Notes: a model not told the origin generated them from the sequence alone. Shown: positions 1 to 7,797, counted from the stretch's first letter. The stretch: DNA of 16,754 nt from a virus (IMGVR_UViG_2939172355_000006:1-16754); one strand, 5' to 3'. A program made the numbers and translations.

Positions 1-903
1 TTATGAAAGCATAGACCGTTTACCCTCCCTGGGTACGACGGAACAGGGGTCCTGATGGATAATCACATCCGATCCCGGAAAACGCCGTAAAATAGCCTGC
101 TCTACCTGATCCGCCACCATATGTGCCTGAACCAAAGGCAGAGAGTCTTCCATTTCCAAATGAATCTGAATAAAGCGGGTCGGCCCTGACTGCCGCGTGC
201 GAAGATCGTGAGCGCCGCTAACACCCGGCCAGGAAGTCACGATATCAATAATTTCTTGCCGTTCCTCATCAGGCAATGCGCGATCCAGTAATGACTGTAC
301 CGCCTCATATCCCATGCGTAACGCGCTATATAAAATATAGATGCCGATTCCCAATGCAAACAGAGCATCGGCGCGATGCCAGCCGTACCAGGACAACCCC
401 AGCGCCAGCAGAATTGCGCCGTTCATCATAACATCAGACTGGTAATGTAGCATATCAGCCCTCACCGCCTGGCTTTGCGTCCGGCGCACCACCCAACGCT
501 GAAACGAGACAAGGATAATCGTACAAATTAGCGCCACAATTGTCACGATAACCCCGACGCCTGGATCTGTCATCGGTGTTGGAGATACCAGATGTTGAAT
601 ACCCGTCAAAAACAGGAATAGTGCCGAACCGGAGATAAACATACTTTGCGCCAGCGCCGCGAGGGACTCAGCTTTACCGTGACCAAACGAGTGATTATCG
701 TCGGCAGGTTGCAGGGAATATCGCACCACCAGTAAATTCGTCAACGACGCGCCGATATCCACCAGCGAATCCACCAGCGCGGCGAGAATACTCACCGACC
801 CGGTATACCACCATGCAAAAATTTTAATCAGCAATAGCAGCGAAGCCATCGCCGTCGCAGCAATCGCCGCCCGACTGACCAGCCGTCCATAAGATTGATT
901 CAT
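1..903 (-). CDS. fieF: Cation-diffusion-facilitator Fe(II)/Zn(II) efflux transporter FieF (YiiP)
   Basis: 300-aa product starting at the ATG at 901-903. The ORF-track start at 921 is an in-frame upstream extension. The sequence [36 protein letters not shown]...[18 protein letters not shown] matches my memory of E. coli FieF. It has a multi-TM CDF core plus a cytoplasmic C-terminal domain. The stop codon is at the window edge. Confidence 0.95.
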   Translation of the reverse strand: MNQSYGRLVSRAAIAATAMASLLLLIKIFAWWYTGSVSILAALVDSLVDIGASLTNLLVVRYSLQPADDNHSFGHGKAESLAALAQSMFISGSALFLFLTGIQHLVSPTPMTDPGVGVIVTIVALICTIILVSFQRWVVRRTQSQAVRADMLHYQSDVMMNGAILLALGLSWYGWHRADALFALGIGIYILYSALRMGYEAVQSLLDRALPDEERQEIIDIVTSWPGVSGAHDLRTRQSGPTRFIQIHLEMEDSLPLVQAHMVADQVEQAILRRFPGSDVIIHQDPCSVVPREGKRSMLS

Positions 904-984
904 AAATACTCCCGCTATCAACTGACGCTAGTATAACGGAAGCAAATCATCTGCAATGCATTAAGCAGCAGGCAAATTGAGGAT

Positions 985-1011
985 AAAAAAAACCCCCACA
1001 TCATGTGGGGG
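985..1011 (-). terminator. Rho-independent terminator upstream of fieF, probably the orphaned terminator of the native upstream gene (cpxP 3' end in E. coli)
   Basis: CCCCCAC (993-999) pairs with GTGGGGG (1005-1011) around a 5-nt loop. On the minus strand the hairpin is followed by eight T (992 down to 985). Confidence 0.75.
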
Positions 1012-1076
1012 AAGACAGGGATGGTGTCACAAAAAATCACCTAACCTACTGATATAAATGGATTTATATAAACCAC

Positions 1077-1096
1077 TGTCCACATAGCGTCCACAT
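1077..1096. repeat. Tandem direct repeat (T/C)GTCCACAT x2 with 11-bp phasing: putative integrase arm-type binding sites in the P' arm
   Basis: GTCCACAT occurs at 1078-1085 and 1089-1096. The reverse complement reads TGTGGAC(A/G), which I recall as the P2 Int arm-site consensus. The repeat lies between the ogr terminator and the bacterial junction. Confidence 0.5.
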
Positions 1097-1100
1097 CGAC

Positions 1101-1128
1101 CATAAATAAAGCCCCTCAACTGAGGGGC
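1101..1128 (-). terminator. Rho-independent terminator downstream of ogr (T-rich on both sides, possibly bidirectional)
   Basis: GCCCCTCA (1111-1118) pairs with TGAGGGGC (1121-1128) around a 2-nt loop. On the minus strand TTTATTTAT follows. On the plus strand TATTTTTGTG follows. The hairpin starts 12 nt after the ogr stop. Confidence 0.8.
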
Positions 1129-1139
1129 TATTTTTGTGA

Positions 1140-1358
1140 TCACATCCACATAATTTGCTGCCCTGACGGCAACGGGTGCGGCCTCACGGCGTGGACTTCT
1201 CCCGGCTTCACGATGTATCTCTGTACCGACTCATAAGTGATGAACGTGGCGCTGCAATTCACGTTCTGGCACTGGTGATAACGCTCTTTTGTCGTGTCAG
1301 TGATATAGCGGCTTGTACGCGCATGTGCGGCATGCTGGCATAAAGGACAATGAAACAT
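1140..1358 (-). CDS. ogr: Ogr, zinc-finger late-gene transcriptional activator of P2
   Basis: 72-aa product MFHCPLCQHAAHARTSRYITDTTKERYHQCQNVNCSATFITYESVQRYIVKPGEVHAVRPHPLPSGQQIMWM, as I recall P2 Ogr, with a CxxC...CxxxxC zinc motif. The true ATG is at 1356-1358. A perfect TATAAT lies on the minus strand at 1415-1410. Confidence 0.95.
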   Translation of the reverse strand: MFHCPLCQHAAHARTSRYITDTTKERYHQCQNVNCSATFITYESVQRYIVKPGEVHAVRPHPLPSGQQIMWM

Positions 1359-1470
1359 CGCGAGCACCTCTTCCGGTTTTGTTGATAGTGCCATTTTAGT
1401 TAAATTATCATTATAAAACAAAAAGATAAACAAAAGACATCACTCATAATCTTCTGTTTCGTACTCCACA

Positions 1471-2286
1471 TCAGAAACCGTCGCGGCGAATCAGCGTAGT
1501 GACGCCTGACTCGTTAAGCAGGTCAGCATCGGTGCCGGACTCCTGCAAATCCCAGAATACAGATGCGCTGATGCCGGTAACACCGTTCACCCCGACATTG
1601 GACAGCGTTTTATGCCAGCCCTGCTCCTGGTCGATTTTAGCGCGCAGCCCCAGCGCACGGGCGGTGGCATACGCGGTGGCGGTGGTACTGGTGACCGTAT
1701 CCCATGCGAGGAAATCCGGCCAGATGACCATCAGCTCACGCTGGCTGAAATTCTGGCGGTAGGCTTTCACCTCGGAAATGGTTTTACAGCCCCATGCGCT
1801 GATATACCCGAAAGCGCGCAGCTTCTGACAGACTGATGCCAGTGCAACAGCCACCTCTTTGGTATCCAGCCCCGGCACGCCGAGAATACGCGGTTTAACA
1901 CCGGTTACCGACTCCGCCGCCAGCAGGGCTTTCAGTCCGGTGTACTGACCGTTTTCGTCGGTGGTGCCGATGATATTGGAAACGGTCTGCGCAAGTTTCG
2001 CTTCCTCGTCGTCGCCGGTGCCGTCTTCCACACGCACGACAACGGTGACCGGTTTTGACTGGTCGGCGATGGCCTGCAACGATGCCGCCAGCGTGCCTTT
2101 TTTACCGGCCTTTGCAATTGCGCTCTGCACATTGGTAATCAGCACTGGTTTATTGAGGGGGAAGATTTCCGCATCCGCATCGCTGGCCGTGCAGACCATG
2201 CCAACAATGGCGGTGGATACGGTGGAAATGACGCGGGTGCCGTCGTTAATCTCCAGCACCTGCACGCCGTGATGATAGTCACTCAT
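1471..2286 (-). pseudogene. FI: Tail sheath gene FI, 3'-truncated (271 of about 396 codons)
   Basis: MSDYHHGVQVLEINDGTRVISTV...LLNESGVTTLIRRDGF matches the N-terminal two thirds of P2 gpFI. The reading frame ends abruptly at a TGA (1471-1473), directly abutting the sequence upstream of ogr. Confidence 0.9.
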
Positions 2287-2309
2287 CCGTTTAACTCCGT
2301 GGTTAATGG

Positions 2310-2380
2310 GTGCAACTATTTTCTGTTGGGCAGTGCATGAGACGCTATTTGACCTGGCTGGTCAGTGGATGAAACAACAG
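2310..2380 (-). promoter_or_regulatory. Putative Ogr-dependent late promoter PF upstream of FI
   Basis: On the minus strand there is an imperfect TGT-N12-(A/C)CA element (TGT 2376-2374, CCA 2361-2359). It sits about 55-60 nt upstream of the expected start downstream of an A/T-rich -10-like AAAATA (2322-2317). The position immediately after a terminator and before FI fits the P2 late-operon layout. Confidence 0.35.
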
Positions 2381-2410
2381 ATAAAGAAAAGGCAGGCAAT
2401 TCGCCCGCCT
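2381..2410 (-). terminator. Rho-independent terminator downstream of the Z/fun-slot cargo gene
   Basis: AGGCAGGC (2390-2397) pairs with GCCCGCCT (2403-2410) with one mismatch and a 5-nt loop. On the minus strand TTTCTTTAT follows. Confidence 0.6.
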
Positions 2411-2605
2411 GTCCTGATTTGTACTCACTCATTTTCCGACTGACAATTTACATAGCCAAAACGCTATCAAATCTGACAGTCTGCTTTGAGCGAGGAGCAG
2501 AGGTTAGTTTTAGTTAACCAAAATGATAAAAAGCAGTAGAAAAATCCGCTCATTACGTTATGGTTATAAGCCGCACATAATCATCCGAGCCAAATCCTCT
2601 TGATT

Positions 2606-3505
2606 TCAAAGAATTAGCACTTGCTCTTCACTAGAAACTATGGTTCTGACTTCACGCTCAAATATTGGATCCATTATCATTTTTCTATTTGTTGGAATAG
2701 TAAATTTACCGAGTACCATGACAATGCTACTCAACGGAAATAATTTTGGAGTAACATTTCCTAATTGAATCGTAGGATATATATTAAAGCCCCCTTTTAT
2801 CCTCATTGGCGAACCTTCAATGAAGTGTCGATAATTAAATTTCGCCATAGGGATTCTCGCCACATGCACTTTCATAATTACAGCAACCTGAGCTATTTTT
2901 ACTTTCTGGAGGTAAGTTGACAATCGTTCTAACTGCGTTGTTTCATAGAAAAAATCAGACCACGTTACAGTACTTGTTCCAGTAACAATTTTTATGCTGT
3001 TTCTCTTGTTGGGGTGAGCTTTTCCATATTCATAGATCTCCCGTAAGCTATCCATGTTCTTCACATAAGGGGCTTTCCGACCTCTCTTGACATAAACGCG
3101 GTCTGTAGTATCAGAAGGTGGATTTGCCTGCATAGCTGCAGCTTTTCTGCTTAATTTAGAGATATCATCTTCATCGAGTATATGTATACGGAATATATTA
3201 TTACCTGTGGCAAGCGCACGGCTGATATCATGACTGGAATCACTTGCATAAATTGTATTCAATCCTGAAGTTCCATACTGGCATAATTTGTCATGCGTGA
3301 AATTTTTTTCCAGTCTAAAGAAGGCGGGGATATGCAAGGTTTTATTAAAACTCCGACGAATATGGCTTTTGACATACACCAAATGAGCAGAGCAATTTGG
3401 GTCAGGACATTTGAGTGGATAGGGATTAACACTATAATTAAAAGTATTTACATTTACTAAAATCTGATTGTTATCAATAGCCTGAGTTATACGAATACCA
3501 CTCAT
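2606..3505 (-). CDS. Hypothetical 299-aa protein with an N-terminal Cys/His zinc-ribbon-like motif; accessory cargo in the P2 Z/fun slot
   Basis: Intact ORF with a strong SD (GGAGGAG 4 nt before the ATG at 3505). The region is clearly AT-rich relative to the flanking G and FI genes. The motif is C33-x4-C38 ... H71-x3-C75 (LKCPDPNCSAHL...FFRLEKNFTHDKLC). I recognise no enzymatic domain. Confidence 0.8.
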   Translation of the reverse strand: MSGIRITQAIDNNQILVNVNTFNYSVNPYPLKCPDPNCSAHLVYVKSHIRRSFNKTLHIPAFFRLEKNFTHDKLCQYGTSGLNTIYASDSSHDISRALATGNNIFRIHILDEDDISKLSRKAAAMQANPPSDTTDRVYVKRGRKAPYVKNMDSLREIYEYGKAHPNKRNSIKIVTGTSTVTWSDFFYETTQLERLSTYLQKVKIAQVAVIMKVHVARIPMAKFNYRHFIEGSPMRIKGGFNIYPTIQLGNVTPKLFPLSSIVMVLGKFTIPTNRKMIMDPIFEREVRTIVSSEEQVLIL

Positions 3506-3644
3506 TACTCCTCCATAAAGATAGGCGCAAGCATTTAGTAATAAACCATTAACATGCCGAGATCATACCCGATCATTGAAATGTAAACACTCCCCTAAGA
3601 CGGCTGCTGGCATAATATTTTATGACATCAGCAATGCCCACCTC

Positions 3645-3686
3645 TGGCACAGAGTGGACTGTCAGATTAGGCTTTACTCTGTGCCA
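3645..3686. repeat. Perfect 11-bp inverted repeat with a 20-nt spacer, between G and the cargo gene
   Basis: TGGCACAGAGT (3645-3655) pairs with ACTCTGTGCCA (3676-3686). No U-tract follows on either strand, so it is not a canonical intrinsic terminator. Confidence 0.6.
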
Positions 3687-3720
3687 TAGATATGTAAGCC
3701 CACACTAGAGCTCATACAAC

Positions 3721-4248
3721 TTATTGCGGCATTTCCGGCCATTCAGGATTTGCAGGATCCACACGACTGACCAGAACACTATAGCGTTCCCATGCCTCCA
3801 GTCGACTACGCTCCTCATCTGTTGCCATATTCAGCCTGACCGCGCGCTCCAGCGGCAAAATCACGGATTCAGCTTCGGAAAGCAAAGCTGCCTTATGTAA
3901 TTCCGCCAGTTTCTGCTGTTCGTCTGCCGTATAAATCCGCTTAATCACGGCACCATCCTTAAACATCCATTTACCTGAGTCGTCAGCACGTCGGTTGGAG
4001 GTAATATCAGGAACCTCAACAACGCTAAAACCTTCAGGATTAAGCGTTGAAGCATCTCTGGTGATAGCGACAATAATATTATTTTCATCGTAAACAATCT
4101 TTATTGTGTCTGGCTGAAAGTTCTTCACTTCCTCATACCAGTTTTTTCCGTCCTCAGAGTAAAGCCAGATAACTCCGTGTTTCTTTGTTAACTCATACTG
4201 TTCCAGTGTTTTAGCGTTACCCGCTTTTATGTTCTTTAAGTGCATCAT
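3721..4248 (-). CDS. G: Tail fibre assembly chaperone gpG
   Basis: 175-aa product [40 protein letters not shown]...[12 protein letters not shown]2 gpG-like. It starts 1 nt after the H stop codon. Confidence 0.9.
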   Translation of the reverse strand: MMHLKNIKAGNAKTLEQYELTKKHGVIWLYSEDGKNWYEEVKNFQPDTIKIVYDENNIIVAITRDASTLNPEGFSVVEVPDITSNRRADDSGKWMFKDGAVIKRIYTADEQQKLAELHKAALLSEAESVILPLERAVRLNMATDEERSRLEAWERYSVLVSRVDPANPEWPEMPQ

Positions 4249-4249
4249 A

Positions 4250-5331
4250 TTAAACGCTCGCTACATTATACCAGGTGCCATTTATATACTTTTGAACGGG
4301 TCTGTAATAAACGCCCGCTATATTATCGGCAGAGTTGGACCCTGTATCCTGAACATTAATACCAGACAATACATGACCTGACGGGCACTGGAAATTCCAT
4401 GTTTGCCAGTTGTTCACTCCATAATATTGCTGTGACCCAAGTCGAACATCTTTCACATATCTGGAATCAAAATTGCCATAGTTGCCAGGAATAACTTGCG
4501 AGCCACAAAGCCAGTTACCGTTATTATCCATGTACGCCTGACCATCGGTGCCATTGGCTGTCCTTGAGTTATTAATCATGTAGATGCCAAATTGCTTATT
4601 TCCCAGACCGCCAATCATAAATTTGCGGTCGGCATGGTCCTGACGGAGCAAAGCCTGAGCACCATCAGTGGATACCGCATTACGTCCAAAAATAACATTC
4701 TGGTCACGCATATGAATCCACATGCCTGTGCTGCTGTTAATTGCAAGGCGGTTTGCGTACACCCATGCGTTAGTTGTTATATCTCCTGTAACATCCAGAG
4801 CGTGCCCCATAGTTATGCGACCAGTTCTGAGATTCAACGAAAAGGGGCGTAGTGGCCCGATATCACCATTTTCCCCCTCATTCTCTCGTGTGGGGATAAT
4901 ATGCAGGCATTCTTCAGAACGGCGAAAAATAGCACCAAAGGATGAATTAAAGATTCTCAGTGCATTGACTGTCGATATTTTTACTTCACTGCTGAAAAGG
5001 GCTTTAACAAGGACAGACAAAGCATCCCATTTAAGATTCATCAGGTCTTTTGTTGTGGTGCCCTGACGGCTTCTCCATTTGAAATATTCATTGCCGTTGT
5101 CGCCTGTTTCAAACCACATGTATGAATCAGTGTCACCATCGGCATCATTTTTAAATCCAATCTTCGCCCAGTCAGTATTTCGAATCCAGGCAAGGATTGA
5201 GTCGTTTTCAAAAGTAAGTCCACCGGACAAGGTATCGCCATTTTTTTGCACGGCGTTCCCGGCTCGGTTTACCGTTTCCTGTAAACCGAGATATTCGATA
5301 ACGGCGGCAACGGTCGATTTAGCCAGAATAC
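4250..5331 (-). pseudogene. H: Tail fibre gene H, 5'-truncated (about the C-terminal 360 codons of about 669)
   Basis: My own translation of the open frame upstream of the ORF-track GTG reads ...ILAKSTVAAVIEYLGLQETVNRAGNAVQKNGDTLSGGLTFENDSILAWIRNTDWAKIGFKND..., matching the central region of P2 gpH. There is no start codon and the N-terminal half is absent. The receptor-binding C-terminus diverges from my recollection of P2. Confidence 0.85.
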
Positions 5332-5691
5332 CGTGAGCGCGCTGGTTTCAGGTTCATACTCAATCACCGCCCCGTCAGGGAAACGGATATGCAGGGCATC
5401 CGCCGACGCAGACGGCGCGGGGTTATCGCCGGAATAAATCCCCGGCAGAACGAACGCCGTGTCGAGTTCACCACCCACGGCCAGAATCAGCACCTGTTCC
5501 CCCACGGAAGGTGCCCACCATGTGCGCGAACGCCCGGCGCGATGGGTCAGCCACTGAAGCCAGTCGGTGCACATGCCGCCGGTCTGCACACGGCAGCGAC
5601 CGGCATTAAGGTCGGTTTCGACGATAATGCCGGTGCGGATCATGTTGCGCAGTGCGCGCGCGAGTTCCTGAATATTTGCGAGAGTGTTCAT
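5269..5691 (-). pseudogene. V: Baseplate spike gene V, 3'-truncated (121 of about 211 codons, then an out-of-frame tail)
   Basis: MNTLANIQELARALRNMIRTGIIVETDLNAGRCRVQTGGMCTDWLQW...EYEPETSALTV matches the P2 gpV N-terminus from the ATG at 5689-5691. After codon 121 (about 5329) the frame reads FWLNRPLPPLSNISVYRKR*, which is H-gene DNA in the wrong frame. Confidence 0.85.
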
Positions 5692-5699
5692 GCGTGTGA

Positions 5700-5760
5700 G
5701 ATTGCACAATATATAAAAGTTATGCTATCTGGATTCATTTGTAGAACGACCATACAACAT
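5700..5760 (-). promoter_or_regulatory. Putative Ogr-dependent late promoter PV
   Basis: On the minus strand there is a TGT (5756-5754)...ACA (5742-5740) dyad with an 11-nt spacer (the consensus I recall is N12). TATATT follows at 5713-5708, just upstream of the V start. The region overlaps the divergent upstream region of the 5775 gene. Confidence 0.35.
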
Positions 5761-5774
5761 TCGAGGAGAGCGTA

Positions 5775-6560
5775 ATGTTCAGTGATAATGTGACTAATGC
5801 GTGGTGGTTTATCTCTTTGTATCTATTTTTATTAATAGCATTAACATTTGTTACCTTTGGTAAAAGTAATCTTATGAGGTTTATTGCACATCATTTCAAT
5901 CTTGAGTATTCAGACAGAAAGTTAAAAATGCTCGACAAAAAATGGCGCGACATTCAACTATTTAAAATAATTAACGGAATCAATGTATCAGGCATCGAAG
6001 ATGTGAGAATGATACAGCAGGGGCTGATTGATGGAAAACTAAAAACATCGTATTTTTTCCTTACTCGCTTCTGGGGTGACATAACAAAACCACCACACAT
6101 AATTAAAACAACAATTGTAATTCTGGCCAGTATTATTTATATTCTCTTCGCATGTTATATACACAATGAACAATCCGCTATAGTAAGGGATGCCATAGGT
6201 ATACCATATAAAAATATGATGTACTATGTTTATAGTGACAAAGTTCTTTTATCCTTCAAAAATAAAACGGTTGAATTTAATAAAACTTATAGCCTTGCCG
6301 ATTGCAAGAGTCTGCAAAACGTATTTATAAAAGACACACTTCCCGAGATCGCCTGCAATAAGCTCTTACAGCTAAACAAGGAGGACTCCGAATGGTTAAG
6401 TCAGGAGATTAAAGATAATAACAGCTACAGAAAAACATTATTAATAATGTCCCTAACCTATTTCATTTCAGGTCTGCTTATATTCCTGTCATATACAAAA
6501 TTCCTTTACGCCAATAAGAAGGTTTTAGAATACAAAGCATCAAATAAAAACCACTCATAA
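5775..6560 (+). CDS. Hypothetical 261-aa membrane protein (three predicted TM helices); accessory cargo in the P2 orf30 slot between S and V
   Basis: Intact ORF with an SD (GAGGAG 5763-5768). It is very AT-rich and lies on the opposite strand to the flanking late genes. Hydrophobic segments are AWWFISLYLFLLIALTFVTFG, IIKTTIVILASIIYILFACYI and TLLIMSLTYFISGLLIFLSY. I recognise no catalytic motif. Confidence 0.8.
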   Translation: MFSDNVTNAWWFISLYLFLLIALTFVTFGKSNLMRFIAHHFNLEYSDRKLKMLDKKWRDIQLFKIINGINVSGIEDVRMIQQGLIDGKLKTSYFFLTRFWGDITKPPHIIKTTIVILASIIYILFACYIHNEQSAIVRDAIGIPYKNMMYYVYSDKVLLSFKNKTVEFNKTYSLADCKSLQNVFIKDTLPEIACNKLLQLNKEDSEWLSQEIKDNNSYRKTLLIMSLTYFISGLLIFLSYTKFLYANKKVLEYKASNKNHS

Positions 6561-6570
6561 ACCTCTAAAT

Positions 6571-6597
6571 ATTGAGCGACCAGCACGGCCGCTCAAT
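6571..6597. terminator. Hairpin between the convergent genes at 5775-6560 and S; possible bidirectional terminator
   Basis: ATTGAGCG (6571-6578) pairs with CGCTCAAT (6590-6597) around an 11-nt loop. The flanking T-tracts are weak. Confidence 0.4.
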
Positions 6598-6631
6598 GCT
6601 TAATTGCGCATCAGCCTCTGCCTGGATAAAA

Positions 6632-7084
6632 CTAACGCTCAAGGTGAGCCAGGATAATCTCTTCAATCATCTGCACATCCTCACCGGTAAAGCCGAGCAG
6701 AGGACGCGCCGGATAATCAATTTTCTTACCGTCTTTCCGGTTTTCTTCCGACAGACCGAACTGATGCACACTGGCGATTTTCGGTGACTTCCCGCCGTAA
6801 AACTCCATTGATGCCTGTTCCGGGCTGGCGCGGATATGCAAAAAACGACTGGTGATAAGTTTCGCAAACATTTTTCGCTTAACACGACCGGTCTTTTTTC
6901 TGGCGCTCTGCTGCTGGCGTGGCGCGTAGGGTGTGCCGTCCGGAGTTTTCTGTGCCATCACCCGACGCTGCTGACTCTGCCGCAGGCGTTTCGCCAGTTC
7001 GGCACTCAGTCGCCGACGCCCTGACGGTGACAGCGATTCAATCAGTCCGGTCAGCCGGTCTTCAAAACGCTTAAACTCATTCAT
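6632..7084 (-). CDS. S: Tail completion protein gpS
   Basis: 150-aa product MNEFKRFEDRLTGLIESLSPSGRRRLSAELAKRLRQSQQRRV...MIEEIILAHLER, P2 gpS-like. It overlaps the end of R by 8 nt. Confidence 0.9.
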   Translation of the reverse strand: MNEFKRFEDRLTGLIESLSPSGRRRLSAELAKRLRQSQQRRVMAQKTPDGTPYAPRQQQSARKKTGRVKRKMFAKLITSRFLHIRASPEQASMEFYGGKSPKIASVHQFGLSEENRKDGKKIDYPARPLLGFTGEDVQMIEEIILAHLER

Positions 7085-7544
7085 CCCACTTGCTCACCAG
7101 TTCGCCATTGATATACAGCTCCATCGGGCGGGTGACCGGCTCCGGCGGCGGAGGTTCCGGGATATTCTTCACATGCAGCGCGCCGTCCACCTCACTGACC
7201 AGCGTGCGCTCGGTCAGCATCAGGCTGATACTGATATCAAAGCTGCTGTCATTGTTGATGTCCGCATAAAACGTGAAGCCCTTTTTCTGGCCTGCGTCGG
7301 TGGTCATGATGTCGGGCTGATTTTCCCGCAGCCACGCTAGCACCGGCACGATGAGCAGGTCAAAATCACCGGTAAAGTCGGTCACAATGACATTGAGCGT
7401 GTAACGCTTTTCAAATGACAGCGACCTCGCCAGTGTGGAGGCAATACTCCCGTTATCCACGAATATCCGCAGCATCTCGGGACTGGTTTTCAGCACCGTG
7501 ACAGCATCAGTCAGCGCCCTGCGCAGGCTGTCGGGTTTGAGCAT
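7077..7544 (-). CDS. R: Tail completion protein gpR
   Basis: 155-aa product MLKPDSLRRALTDAVTVLKTSPEMLRIFVDNGSIASTLA...LYINGELVSKWDE, P2 gpR-like. Confidence 0.9.
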   Translation of the reverse strand: MLKPDSLRRALTDAVTVLKTSPEMLRIFVDNGSIASTLARSLSFEKRYTLNVIVTDFTGDFDLLIVPVLAWLRENQPDIMTTDAGQKKGFTFYADINNDSSFDISISLMLTERTLVSEVDGALHVKNIPEPPPPEPVTRPMELYINGELVSKWDE

Positions 7545-7797
7545 CGTTTTCGTCCTGACAGTGTTTAATCATTTTTACCTGGCTGGCACAGCGTGCCAGC
7601 GCGTTCTCAAGCTGCCGGATATCAGCACTTAAATCGCCGTTCGTCTCCGGGTCACTGCCCGGCATCGGGCAAAGGCTCACTTTCGGGCAGGCGTTGTGGA
7701 CAATCACTGGCGTCGGCGCAGGCCGGGCGCTGGTGCAACCGGCGCACAGCATCAGGCAGGTCAGCGCCGTACCAGCGGCGAAAATCTTCGTTTTCAT
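7507..7797 (-). CDS. lysC: LysC, outer-membrane lipoprotein spanin subunit (Rz1-like), embedded out of frame in lysB and running into R
   Basis: 96-aa product MKTKIFAAGTALTCLMLCAGCTSARPAPTP... with a lipobox (LCAGC). It starts at the internal ATG at 7797 of the 7507-7914 ORF. The overlapped architecture is known for P2 lysB/lysC. Confidence 0.8.
   Translation of the reverse strand: MKTKIFAAGTALTCLMLCAGCTSARPAPTPVIVHNACPKVSLCPMPGSDPETNGDLSADIRQLENALARCASQVKMIKHCQDENDAQTRQPAQGAD

Noticed and set aside
1359-1433. N-terminal extension of the ogr ORF (MFIFLFYNDNLTKMALSTKPEEVLA...)
   Set aside because: This is in-frame read-through of the AT-rich upstream region. The 72-aa Ogr begins at the ATG at 1358 and the extension overlaps the probable ogr promoter.
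1499-2272. Four ORFs (66-103 aa) antisense to, or out of frame with, the FI fragment
   Set aside because: They lie entirely inside a recognisable sheath-gene sequence. They are Arg/Pro/Ser-rich low-complexity translations typical of GC-rich antisense frames, with no RBS support.
2522-2602. 26-codon plus-strand ORF (MIKSSRKIRSLRYGYKPHIIIRAKSS) downstream of the Z/fun-slot gene, considered as a possible antitoxin or partner
   Set aside because: There is no SD, it is very short, and it is basic low-complexity sequence. The evidence is insufficient.
4592-5775. ORFs 4592-4852, 4722-5066, 5041-5241, 5079-5336 and 5389-5775 overlapping the H and V fragments
   Set aside because: These are shadow ORFs within recognisable tail-fibre and spike coding sequence. 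They have no independent start signals or recognisable motifs.
6572-7024. ORFs 6572-6787 (+), 6667-6885 (-) and 6836-7024 (+) overlapping gene S
   Set aside because: They are contained in the well-supported S gene in other frames or on the other strand, and the translations are implausible.
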